From a virus (Duplodnaviria; Heunggongvirae; Uroviricota; Caudoviricetes), in IMG/VR virus record IMGVR_UViG_2925891887_000001: a stretch of DNA of 64,000 nt; one strand, given 5' to 3'. Of this stretch, positions 1 to 9,164 are shown piece after piece. A program made the translations under genes and the position numbers. Position 1 is the stretch's first letter, and every line of letters begins with the position of its first letter. Under the pieces are notes generated by a model, which worked only from the letters and a program-made list of their open reading frames with translations, was not told the origin of the DNA and did not search any database.

Positions 1-447
1 TTCATCAATAAACAATACCTTCCCACTGGTATTCCCTTCAGTCTTAGCATAAGTGACAATAGGTTCTTCATTGCCAACTCTGATGTTCACTTGGCAACCC
101 GTTGTAGCCATTTCATCACAATAGAGTGTACCGTCTTGAATTTCTAAAACAATTCCAGATGGCTTCATGGCCTCGTTAGAGCTTACATTAGCGTTTTCTG
201 GTACTGCGGTCCCGTTAATTTGCAACCGTAATCTTTCTGTTCCTGCATGAAGTATTGTTTCTTCTGCGTTATCTGAGAATCTATACCAGACTGGTTGAAT
301 CAGACCTCGTGATTTGTATTTTAGTACGTCTTCAGAAGTATACATGCTGTACGTTTTTTGCATGTCAGAGACGAAATCTGATAATGCGTTGGCGGAAAAC
401 GCCGGGAGGCATATACAAGCAAGGAATAACGAAAGTTTCATTTTCAT
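1..447 (-). CDS. Secreted protein, partial (C-terminus beyond window start)
   Basis: Minus-strand frame open from window edge to ATG near 445-447; N-terminus MKMKLSLFLACICLPAFSA looks like a signal peptide. Not in ORF track because no stop lies inside the window. Confidence 0.45.
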   Translation of the reverse strand, partial: MKMKLSLFLACICLPAFSANALSDFVSDMQKTYSMYTSEDVLKYKSRGLIQPVWYRFSDNAEETILHAGTERLRLQINGTAVPENANVSSNEAMKPSGIVLEIQDGTLYCDEMATTGCQVNIRVGNEEPIVTYAKTEGNTSGKVLFIDE

Positions 448-462
448 ATCATGATAATCCAA

Positions 463-951
463 TTATTTAACATCACACTTTCTAATTTTTTCTATTTGTT
501 CTAATTTTTCATGATCATCATTTAGATTTCCTTTGACTATCTCCGTTTCAAGTTTGCTGATTAGCATGTTAAGTGCGTTGTAGTTATTGCATTTTACTTT
601 GTAGGCGTAGTATGACCTTGTCCCTGGTTTTTGTACACCCATATCATTAAAGTTAGAGCTTAAAGTATAACCTTCAAGTTCAACCCCTTTTATTGTTGGA
701 AGAATTATATTTAATGGTTCTAATTTAAATGGGTAGATATAAATATGTGATATGAAGTACTCTTCTGAAGAGATTTTCTTCATGTCTTTTGTGATTGAAA
801 CTGAATATTTACGGTCCCGAGCGATATAAAATTTTGTACATTTGTACGGCTCTAAGTTGAATAGATAATATCTGTCTTTAAAAAGAACATCTTTTCCATG
901 TGATATTTTATGTCGTAAAGAGTTAATTATTTTGTTTATAGAAATACTCAT
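463..951 (-). CDS. Hypothetical protein, low-GC
   Basis: 162-aa ORF in track; visibly AT-rich, Lys/Asn/Ile/Tyr-rich; no recognisable motif. Confidence 0.45.
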   Translation of the reverse strand: MSISINKIINSLRHKISHGKDVLFKDRYYLFNLEPYKCTKFYIARDRKYSVSITKDMKKISSEEYFISHIYIYPFKLEPLNIILPTIKGVELEGYTLSSNFNDMGVQKPGTRSYYAYKVKCNNYNALNMLISKLETEIVKGNLNDDHEKLEQIEKIRKCDVK

Positions 952-1096
952 CTACAGTATCCGACCTTAGTTATCAATTGAAAAGCCTACAAATATCGTT
1001 CAGCCAATCAAGAAATTTTTTCAGCCGGAGGTATGTACTTCAAAAAATGTGATGAATGTCACATGCAGGTGCTCTCATACACCTGCATGTAGACTA

Positions 1097-1673
1097 TTAA
1101 TCATTCAATAATCTATATTTTCTTTTGATTAAATCTTCACCTTTTTTGGTGAACACAAAACCAAATTGCGATTTTTTGTTCAGCCTAAGGACTCTGTTAT
1201 CCAACGCATCGGTTGATGGAATCAATGTTTGATCATCTATCCAATTAAGTAGCGTAAGAAAGTTCAGCAGCCTCAACGTTGTTGTGCGAAGCTCTTTCGA
1301 TATATTTTCAATGCTGGCAATTCGTCTTTCTTTTTTCTCAGGTGGTACAGATAATTGTTCTTGAGGTTTCGTGGGTAGATAATCAATTTCGTTTGCTGAA
1401 TCGAATGATATGTGTGGCGTAATTTTGCTAAAAAAGCCTTTCGCTGACTCACTTGATAATAAACCAGACCTATTCATATCGTTTGTTATTCTGTACAGGA
1501 GTGGACTGTGTTTCATTTCAGGATAACGTTGATAAAAGTTAAGCAATTCAAAAGCAGCATTAGCACCAACAAGAAAATCAGAAGGATCGCTGACTTTCCA
1601 GAAAGAATGATTTTTCTTAGCGCCAGTGGTGTCAACAAATGATAATTCTTTTAACCAACTCATGATGTGCTCC
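1097..1673 (-). CDS. Hypothetical protein
   Basis: ORF track 1097-1696; start moved to ATG (MSWLKEL) preceded by AAAGGAG on minus strand; inverted repeat at about 1059-1090 lies just downstream. Confidence 0.45.
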
Positions 1674-1728
1674 TTTCTAACAAGTGAGCACATCATAGAA
1701 TTAGTAGATAGGGGGTAAATATGAAATG

Positions 1729-2007
1729 TTACGGCAACCTGCTCAGTATTTCCTCTAGATCTTTTTTTGTCATATTGGAGTTCTCATAGATGCGCATGAT
1801 TTTCTCACGCGTCTTAGCGGAAACCCCAACGGCAGATGTGACTTTGTCAAATTCAGCCATAGTCATCGTCTCCAGAATGGCATTGATAACTTCAGCCTTA
1901 GACATCTTGATTTTTTTCTCTTTGAGTTTTATTTGAAATTTTCCAAGTTTTTCATTGGCCTTATCAGACAATGCCACTTGGCAATAAGTTGTTTTCTTTT
2001 CGCTCAT
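1729..2007 (-). CDS. Hypothetical small protein
   Basis: 92-aa ORF tightly packed between neighbours; Lys/Glu-rich. Confidence 0.4.
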   Translation of the reverse strand: MSEKKTTYCQVALSDKANEKLGKFQIKLKEKKIKMSKAEVINAILETMTMAEFDKVTSAVGVSAKTREKIMRIYENSNMTKKDLEEILSRLP

Positions 2008-2009
2008 AA

Positions 2010-3569
2010 CTAATCTCGTTTCAGAACTCCAAAATCGAATGCGCCATCAACAGGCAATACACCTTCTGCAAAGCCAGGTGTGGTGTCGATGATGTGTTTT
2101 CGCTCATAAGAGTGAGACAACAGGTATTTGTTGCTAATGTCAATGAAATCAGTGATAAAACACACGTTTGCCTGATTCTTCTTGGCTCGTAAGCCACGAC
2201 CGACACGTTGTCTCATTTCAACTTCTGCTTTCCCACCACCAGCAAGAATGACCGCACCAACGCTTGGCACATCAACACCGACATCCAGAATAGTCGAGCC
2301 TATTAAAACATCTATGTCGCCAGACGCTAAACTGTTCAGCTTTGCTTGCCTTGTCGACTGGTTCGATTCCCCATAAATGAAGTCAACTCTAAGGCCGGAC
2401 TCTTTCATCATTTCCATCAGGATTTGCCCGTGGCGTTTAAGACGAACCAGAGTCATACAATTGAGAGAATGTTGCTTATAGAGCAATGCTTCGCGAACAA
2501 TGGCCTCATTACGTCCCAAATTATACACGATCCCCAACTGATAAGCCTTTTGGTAGGCAGTGCTCATACCTACTCTAAAATTGAGGTGTTTGTTGGCAAG
2601 TTCTGCCTTGATTCTGGCCTCGTCCGGCTTGTAGGCAACTTTATGATAAAGGAAGTATGGCTTTGCCAGAATGCCTCTATCAATCAGGTACTTTTCCGTG
2701 ACTTTTATTTCAATTCGCCCGGCCACTGCCATCAGACGCATGTTGGCTTCCGTAGAATCCTTCATGAACGGCGTTGCCGTAAGCGCCAGGCGATAGTCTG
2801 CGTTCGCACATAATCTGGCAATGTCATAGAAATTAGAGCCTGAAGACTCATGCGCCTCTTCCAGAATAAGAAGAGAGACACTTGAAAGGAAGCGTTTCAC
2901 CAAGTCCCGACGTTTGAGGTGGTAGCTCTTCTTATCTGGAGTTGCATCGCGTGGTGGTTCTTCAAGGAAACTTGCCAGAGTTTGAACTGTAGCGACGTTG
3001 ATATGTCGTGATACCTGGAACTCACCCGAGCCAATGACTCCAACCTTTTGGTCTTTTAACCACGGTTCGCCATTTTCGGCGCGGTAGTCGATGGATCTCT
3101 GGAAGTTTTCGGCCATCTGAAACATCAGAACAGAGCGGGTTGTTAAAAATAATGTCATTCGACCGATACGTGCAGCTGCTTTGCAGGCAACATTAGATTT
3201 CCCGCCACCAGTAGCGATCTGCGCAATCATCATTCCCTCTCGAACCAGTGTTTCCACAGTCTGATCCTGATATGCATAATCAGGATTGTATGGGAATGGG
3301 TTGACCGCCGGATTTGGCTTTCCAAGCGCCGGAGCTTTGTCTTTGCGGATATGAACACATTTGATGCCCGCCTTGTTCAAGTTCGCCGCTACAGGCTTGG
3401 CAAAGCCAGCAGGGAACGAGTTTTTACTCCAGTTGAACATCGTGCTTGTGCCCTTCCAGTCGCCAGTCTCGACTTCGTAGCTCAACATCTGTTGCACCAG
3501 TTGCTTTACCTTGTCATCTGCGCCAGAAATAAGTGCATTTACTGCGTTAGATACAATCCGAACAGTCAT
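2010..3569 (-). CDS. Superfamily 2 DNA/RNA helicase (DEAD/DEAH-like)
   Basis: Walker A TGGGKS, motif II LILEEAHE, motif III LTATP, motif VI QRVGRGLR in the 519-aa translation. Confidence 0.75.
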   Translation of the reverse strand: MTVRIVSNAVNALISGADDKVKQLVQQMLSYEVETGDWKGTSTMFNWSKNSFPAGFAKPVAANLNKAGIKCVHIRKDKAPALGKPNPAVNPFPYNPDYAYQDQTVETLVREGMMIAQIATGGGKSNVACKAAARIGRMTLFLTTRSVLMFQMAENFQRSIDYRAENGEPWLKDQKVGVIGSGEFQVSRHINVATVQTLASFLEEPPRDATPDKKSYHLKRRDLVKRFLSSVSLLILEEAHESSGSNFYDIARLCANADYRLALTATPFMKDSTEANMRLMAVAGRIEIKVTEKYLIDRGILAKPYFLYHKVAYKPDEARIKAELANKHLNFRVGMSTAYQKAYQLGIVYNLGRNEAIVREALLYKQHSLNCMTLVRLKRHGQILMEMMKESGLRVDFIYGESNQSTRQAKLNSLASGDIDVLIGSTILDVGVDVPSVGAVILAGGGKAEVEMRQRVGRGLRAKKNQANVCFITDFIDISNKYLLSHSYERKHIIDTTPGFAEGVLPVDGAFDFGVLKRD

Positions 3570-3633
3570 AAACCTCTTTCCTTAGTGCCTTTTGTATGTT
3601 ATTTGGCTATTATAATAAGTAAGTGATTACTTA

Positions 3634-4332
3634 ATGGATTGTAGCAATAAAATGGATGTAAAAATCACGATTTTGCAGGTTGATGTTGCCAACCTTCGCC
3701 CGAATACCTGGAACACCAATTCGGTTGGTGCGCAGAATTTCGAAAAACTGAAAGGTTCTATCGAAAAATTGGGCTTTTTTAAGCCAATTTTGGCTCGTGA
3801 ACTTGAAGATGGATTTTTTGAAATCCTCGGCGGCGAACATCGCTGGCGTGCCGCTATTGAGCAAGGAATTTCAACGGTTCCGGTGCTTTCTGTGGGCAAA
3901 ATTAGCGATGTCGTAGCTAAACAGATGTCACTGGTGGACAACGAGCGATACGGTGAAGACGACCAAATCGCATTGCAACGCTTCATTGAAGAAATTCAGT
4001 CAGAGCTTGACTATCAACTGTCTGAAATCGCCCCGTATGACGACGAAATCTCGATGGTTTTAGCAAAAGAGGCGGCAATCGACCTTGAAGCACTGGAGGC
4101 GTTGTCTCGTGGTAGTGATGAGCCTGTCGATACCGACAAACGAGAGAAAACCGAACGTGTGGGTGCGGAACATCAGACCATGCGCTTCAAAGTAACTTTC
4201 GATGCGTCAGATCGTGTTGCAGAAACCATAAAAAACATCATTAAAGAGCAGGCTATTAACACCGGTAATGAAATGGAGAACGCTGGTGAGGCTCTGGTGT
4301 GGCTGGTCGACTACTACAAGGAGCGTATGTAA
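3634..4332 (+). CDS. ParB-like nuclease domain protein
   Basis: N-terminal ParB/Srx-like segment (ARELEDGFFEILGGEHRWRAAIEQGISTVPV); start could instead be the ATG near 3652. Confidence 0.55.
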   Translation: MDCSNKMDVKITILQVDVANLRPNTWNTNSVGAQNFEKLKGSIEKLGFFKPILARELEDGFFEILGGEHRWRAAIEQGISTVPVLSVGKISDVVAKQMSLVDNERYGEDDQIALQRFIEEIQSELDYQLSEIAPYDDEISMVLAKEAAIDLEALEALSRGSDEPVDTDKREKTERVGAEHQTMRFKVTFDASDRVAETIKNIIKEQAINTGNEMENAGEALVWLVDYYKERM

Positions 4333-5000
4333 TGACCAAAAAGTTTGAAATCGTATATCGCGACCCGGCAGATCTTATTCCCTATGAGATGAATGCCAAA
4401 AAGCATGATGAACAGCAGATCCGAGATCTGGCCGCAGCCATTAAAAAGCGCGGATTTGACCAGCCAATTACGGTCGATAAGAACGACGTAATTATTACTG
4501 GCCACGGCCGCCGTGAGGCTGCAATTTTTGCTGGACTTGAGCGCGTACCGGTTATTGTTCGCGATGATCTCAGTGATGACGAGGTTCGTGCGAAGCGCCT
4601 TGAAGATAACCGACTTGCCAGCATTGATTACGATGCAATTAAGCTACAGAAAGAGCTTGAGTCGCTTGTTCTGGACGATATCGAGGTTTTCGGCTTTGAA
4701 GAGCGTGAGTTGAATGTTCTCGTTGGCAGTATGACAGAAGAAATGGACACCGACTCGCTAGTTATCGATCTTGGCGAAGAAACTAAACGACAGAAGGATG
4801 AACACACCGTGATCAGTCGTGAAGTTGCAGCGGAAGAAGTACGTGTTGTCGACGTATTGGGCTTTAAAACGCTCCCTGCTGGCTCTGCCATTGTTGTTGG
4901 TGATTTGCTTGCCCACATGGAAGAAATGACGGGAGAAAGCGGGGTAGACGCATTTGTGGCATATGCGGAGAAGATCTCTTCCGGGGAGATGGCTGCATGA
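4332..5000 (+). CDS. ParB-like nuclease domain protein (second copy)
   Basis: ParB N-terminal-like motif (ITGHGRREAAIFAGLERVPVIV); ATG overlaps upstream stop (TAATG) with AAGGAG upstream; track ORF begins 4299. Confidence 0.55.
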   Translation: MTKKFEIVYRDPADLIPYEMNAKKHDEQQIRDLAAAIKKRGFDQPITVDKNDVIITGHGRREAAIFAGLERVPVIVRDDLSDDEVRAKRLEDNRLASIDYDAIKLQKELESLVLDDIEVFGFEERELNVLVGSMTEEMDTDSLVIDLGEETKRQKDEHTVISREVAAEEVRVVDVLGFKTLPAGSAIVVGDLLAHMEEMTGESGVDAFVAYAEKISSGEMAA

Positions 5001-5635
5001 GCAAATACATCATCAACGTATCGTTTCAGACACGCGTAAATAAAACCACGCGCACGTTGGAAATCGCTGAGTCGTTCGGGCTTGGCCTGGACGAAAAAGA
5101 GTGGACGCTTTACGACAATCTGGAGCTGGAAGTGAAGCAGGGCGATGTGGTGTACATTACCGGCCAATCCGGTTCCGGCAAATCCGTTGTGCTGCGCGAG
5201 CTGCAACACCAGATGAAGGATGAAGGGCTATCTGTGGCCTCCATCGATGATTTTACCTTCGATAATGAGGTTAACGTCATTGACCAACTGGGCAAAACTA
5301 CCAGTGATGCGCTTGGGTTGTTATCTATGGCTGGTCTGAACGATGCATATCTGTTTGTTCGCAAGCCTTCTGAAATGTCAGACGGTCAGAAATATCGTCT
5401 CAAGATTGCCAAACTGATTGAGTCAGGCGCTAAAGTGTGGGCTGCTGACGAGTTCGGCGCTGTTCTCGACCGTGTAACCGCTCAGGTTGTGGCATCTAAC
5501 CTCCAGCGTGCCGCTCGAAAGGTTGGTGCGACGGTAATGGTGGCGACGACTCACGAAGACCTGAAGAACGCGCTGCGCCCGGATATGCAGATCACCAAGC
5601 ACTACAAAGAACGCGTGAAGGTGGAATATGCCTGA
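4997..5635 (+). CDS. ABC-type ATPase domain protein
   Basis: Walker A GQSGSGKS, ABC signature-like SDGQKYRL, Walker B VWAADEFGAVLD, H-loop TTHE; stand-alone 212 aa. Confidence 0.6.
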   Translation: MSKYIINVSFQTRVNKTTRTLEIAESFGLGLDEKEWTLYDNLELEVKQGDVVYITGQSGSGKSVVLRELQHQMKDEGLSVASIDDFTFDNEVNVIDQLGKTTSDALGLLSMAGLNDAYLFVRKPSEMSDGQKYRLKIAKLIESGAKVWAADEFGAVLDRVTAQVVASNLQRAARKVGATVMVATTHEDLKNALRPDMQITKHYKERVKVEYA

Positions 5636-5882
5636 TTTGAAGATCGTAGAGCTGAAGCCATCGAAAGAGACTGATAACAACAACGTGGAAGTCATCCGCC
5701 TGCTGGAAGAAGCACTTCAGCACGCCAGAGAAGGAAAAAGCCAGAGCCTGGCGCTGTTGATGATCAACAACGACGGCAGTGTTCTTGATTGCTGGCATAA
5801 CGGCGGGCGCCCGTATGTCATGGTAGGGGCGATGGAGTCTCTTCGCCTGGATTTCATCAATGCCAATATCGAGCGCAGGTGA
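5628..5882 (+). CDS. Hypothetical protein
   Basis: 84-aa ORF overlapping neighbours (operon-like coupling). Confidence 0.4.
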   Translation: MPDLKIVELKPSKETDNNNVEVIRLLEEALQHAREGKSQSLALLMINNDGSVLDCWHNGGRPYVMVGAMESLRLDFINANIERR

Positions 5883-6778
5883 TCGAGATGGCAGATATCA
5901 TCATCAAACGCTACCGCCCTGAAGAGTTTCCGCGTCATCTGGACTTTCTGGAGCGAATGACTGTCACAAAGGGAACTGTAGAGGACTGGCACGCTCTTAA
6001 GTCGCTTCACTACAAAACAGACGGCAAACCTTTCGCGCCAACTTACTATCGCTGCGAACTTGATGACCGTCTGGTGGGCGTCGTGGTTATGGCTTACCCG
6101 AAACTACTGCTGGCACCTCGCCACCGCATGTTTCCTAAGTTGAAACCAACCACTAATACCACCGTGGCTAACCAGTACTGGGGTCGGTACGTGAATAACA
6201 ACTTTGCGGTGATCAGTCGCTCAGTTGTGGATACTCAGTATCGTGGCGTAGGCGTCTCTTATCGAATGATTAACCTGGTTAGCAGGATGCATGACCGGCC
6301 AATCATTGAGATCCAGTCCTCGATGAGCAAATACAATCCCTTCGCCATGAAAGCAGGGTTTAAGTTCATCCGCCCTGAGCGACCGAAGAGCTATGAAAGT
6401 GCACTGCGTGTATTCCAGCGCCATTTCCGTTCCGACCCGGGTGATAACGAGGCGATCGTCAAAGAGTTGTTCGCAATGAGCGAGTCTCGTCGTCGCCGTG
6501 CACTGCGTGATCTGGTGGCGGACTACCACAAGAACAGTTCCCTGGCAAAAGCTGGGCGGAATCGTGGCACGACGATTCAGGACATTGCCGACAGTCTGGT
6601 GGACGAGGCCAGCATTGTGAAGCTGCTCAAGGACATTCACAACCTGAGCTTTACGTCTCCGTTGTATGGTGTGTACCGAAACCCTGACTTTGGCCGTCGA
6701 CTGCCTGACACGCTGCCACTGCTGGCATTCGACAAACAACCTTTGGATAAACCGTTAGAAATTGCTTTACCGGCATAA
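5879..6778 (+). CDS. GNAT-like acetyltransferase domain protein (tentative)
   Basis: R-x-x-G-x-G-like motif YRGVGVSYRMI typical of GNAT acetyl-CoA binding; 299 aa. Confidence 0.35.
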   Translation: MIEMADIIIKRYRPEEFPRHLDFLERMTVTKGTVEDWHALKSLHYKTDGKPFAPTYYRCELDDRLVGVVVMAYPKLLLAPRHRMFPKLKPTTNTTVANQYWGRYVNNNFAVISRSVVDTQYRGVGVSYRMINLVSRMHDRPIIEIQSSMSKYNPFAMKAGFKFIRPERPKSYESALRVFQRHFRSDPGDNEAIVKELFAMSESRRRRALRDLVADYHKNSSLAKAGRNRGTTIQDIADSLVDEASIVKLLKDIHNLSFTSPLYGVYRNPDFGRRLPDTLPLLAFDKQPLDKPLEIALPA

Positions 6779-6787
6779 GGATTTGCC

Positions 6788-7054
6788 ATGACGTTAACCG
6801 ATAAACAAAAGGACATCATCAAAACGCTCAATCTCGGTTATGAGCGAGGTCATCTACTTGACCTGGACGAATTGCTTGAAGTTTTGCCGTACAAGACAAC
6901 CAAGCAAAGTATCCAGTTCTCAATTCGCGCTCTGATAAAAAAGGGGCTGGTGGAGAAAGGGCATACGCGCCAACGCAGTGACAATCGCTATCACCGCCGA
7001 ACTCTTGGGTTAACTACTTTAGGTCGAGCCAAAGCGAAGTTACTGGTGATGTAA
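6788..7054 (+). CDS. Small putative DNA-binding protein
   Basis: 88 aa, basic C-terminus, winged-helix-like segment (SIQFSIRALIKKGLVEKG). Confidence 0.35.
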   Translation: MTLTDKQKDIIKTLNLGYERGHLLDLDELLEVLPYKTTKQSIQFSIRALIKKGLVEKGHTRQRSDNRYHRRTLGLTTLGRAKAKLLVM

Positions 7055-7135
7055 TCGGTCTGGGAGCTTATTTAAAGACCTGCTTCTGTATATATAAATA
7101 ATAAGTAACTTATTAAATATATACGGAAGCAGGCT
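7055..7135. repeat. Near-perfect palindrome (~58 bp core); one copy of an inverted pair with 41728-41810
   Basis: gacctgcttctgtatatataaataataagtaacttattaaatatatacggaagcaggc; reverse complement recurs at 41728-41785 with about 2 mismatches, and the tttaaaga flank is also shared. Confidence 0.8.
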
Positions 7136-7249
7136 TCGTAAGACATGCCAGACCTAATTAAACACCCCAGAAAACAAGTTGGTTAGCAGATGCAGTAAAC
7201 AAGTTGTTTTAGAGCGCATGGACGCGCTCTGTGTGTTTTAGAGGGATCT

Positions 7250-7882
7250 ATGACGGTCGAAAAAGACGAGGTAAAAACTCGCCTGACACCAGCGGAGTGG
7301 GCCGAAGCTGAAGCCAAATGGACGTCAGGCGAATATACACTCTCAAAGCTGGAGGAAGAGTACGGCATTCGTCGTGAAACACTCTCCAGACATTTCAAAA
7401 AGCGAGGATTAGAGAAAGGCGCGGACTCTGTTGGGAAGATGGTTCGTGAGTCTCTTAAATCTGACGCAGAGCTTCGCGCTAAAGCCCGTGCGGAAAAGAT
7501 AGAAGAACGTCGTACACGTTATGACGGCTGGGCGTATGCGTTGGGGCAGATGGTGATGGTCGAAGTCACTACGGCCAAACGTGAGGGTAAGCCTTTAGGG
7601 GCGATTGAGGATTCTCTCAAGAGCTTACAGAGAGCCAGTAATACCCTTGCAAAATGCTTTGAAGTTTCGTCCAAAGCATTGGGCATGGATCATGCGGAAA
7701 ATGACGAGGAAGAAATTCCGAACCTGGTATTTGGTGAGCTTACGCCTTCCCAGGTGGCGAAATTACGTCAGGAAGACGACGAGCCTGAAATCATCGATGA
7801 CGAATTGCTTGAGACGTTGGAAGAAGAAGCTCTAAGCGAATTTGATGCGACAGATGATGGAAGTGAAGGGGAGGACGAATAA
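7250..7882 (+). CDS. Terminase small subunit (putative)
   Basis: Immediately upstream of large terminase; N-terminal HTH-like segment (YGIRRETLSRHF), acidic C-terminus; GAGG RBS. Confidence 0.6.
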   Translation: MTVEKDEVKTRLTPAEWAEAEAKWTSGEYTLSKLEEEYGIRRETLSRHFKKRGLEKGADSVGKMVRESLKSDAELRAKARAEKIEERRTRYDGWAYALGQMVMVEVTTAKREGKPLGAIEDSLKSLQRASNTLAKCFEVSSKALGMDHAENDEEEIPNLVFGELTPSQVAKLRQEDDEPEIIDDELLETLEEEALSEFDATDDGSEGEDE

Positions 7883-9138
7883 TGGCAATCCCGTCCTCGC
7901 TCAGTCTTGTGCAACTGCATTCTGGACAGATGAAAGTCTTCCAGTCTCCGCATCGATTTAAAGTTGTTTGTGCTGGTCGACGCTGGGGAAAATCCCGGTT
8001 GTCGATCTCCACTATTATTCGTGCGGCGGCAAAGGAAAAAAAGCAAAGGGTCTGGTATGTCGCTCCTACTTACCAGATGGCTCGCCAGATTTTGTGGGAC
8101 GATCTACAGGAAGTTCTGCCTCGTAAGTGGGTTAGGAAAAAGAACGACACCACGATGACAATCGTGTTGAAGAACGGTTCGGAGATCGCCCTCAAAGGTG
8201 CTGATAAGCCTGACACTCTGCGCGGCGTAGCGTTGCATTTTGTAGTGCTTGATGAATTTCAGGATATGAAGGCTGACACCTGGTACAAGGTGTTACGACC
8301 TACTCTTTCATCGACACGCGGCGGTGCACTGATCATTGGTACGCCAAAAGGCTTCTCGGAATTTCACAAACTGTGGACTATAGGCCAGAACGTAGAGCTG
8401 CAAAGAAAGGGACAGTGGAAGAGCTGGCAGTTTGTAACTGCCGATTCTCCGTTTGTGCCTACGGCGGAAATTGAAGCTGCTAAGAACGATATGGACCCCA
8501 AATCGTTCGCTCAGGAGTACCTGGCCAGCTTTGAGAACATGTCCGGGCGCGTTTACTACCCGTTCGATCGTAACGTGCATGTAAAACCGCTTCAGTTCAA
8601 CCCTCGGTTGCCTATATGGGTAGGGCAGGACTTCAACATTGACCCGATGTCTTCAGTAATTTTGCAACCTCAGCCAAATGGTGAGCTATGGGCAATTGAT
8701 GAATTGGTGCTCTTTTCCTCTAACACGGCAGAAGTTTGTGATGAGCTTGAGAGACGCTTCTGGCGCTGGAAATCACAGGTAACGGTATTTCCAGATCCGG
8801 CAGGTGCTTATCGCCAACATGCTCGTGGGGAGTCTGACGTAGACATATTCAAAGAGAAGGGATTCTTACGTGTCGATTATTCGAAAAAGCACCCGCCAAT
8901 TGCGGATCGTGTTAATGCTGTTAACCGAATGCTGATGTCCGCATCTGGAGATATCCGGCTGTATATCGATCCGAAGTGCAAGCATTTGATTGATTCACTG
9001 GAAAAAGTCATCTACAAGCCTGGAACACGAGATATGGATAAGACAGGTGGCATTGAGCATAGTGCAGACGCATTGGGCTATCCAGTACATCGTAGGTATC
9101 CAGTCAAAAACCGTGTTATTCTTGGTGGTTCTCGATAG
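7882..9138 (+). CDS. Terminase large subunit
   Basis: Walker A VVCAGRRWGKS, Walker B-like VLDEFQDM, C-terminal nuclease-like region; 418 aa. Confidence 0.85.
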   Translation: MAIPSSLSLVQLHSGQMKVFQSPHRFKVVCAGRRWGKSRLSISTIIRAAAKEKKQRVWYVAPTYQMARQILWDDLQEVLPRKWVRKKNDTTMTIVLKNGSEIALKGADKPDTLRGVALHFVVLDEFQDMKADTWYKVLRPTLSSTRGGALIIGTPKGFSEFHKLWTIGQNVELQRKGQWKSWQFVTADSPFVPTAEIEAAKNDMDPKSFAQEYLASFENMSGRVYYPFDRNVHVKPLQFNPRLPIWVGQDFNIDPMSSVILQPQPNGELWAIDELVLFSSNTAEVCDELERRFWRWKSQVTVFPDPAGAYRQHARGESDVDIFKEKGFLRVDYSKKHPPIADRVNAVNRMLMSASGDIRLYIDPKCKHLIDSLEKVIYKPGTRDMDKTGGIEHSADALGYPVHRRYPVKNRVILGGSR

Positions 9139-9164
9139 GTAAGTAATTATCTAAGGTTATTCAA

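Noticed and set aside
255-470. 71-aa plus-strand ORF at window start
   Set aside because: Overlaps the minus-strand partial gene that has a clear signal peptide; the plus-strand translation is low-complexity with no RBS.
2021-2813. Plus-strand and short minus-strand ORFs overlapping the SF2 helicase (2021-2206, 2182-2376, 2346-2813)
   Set aside because: Embedded opposite or within a motif-supported helicase ORF; no start context.
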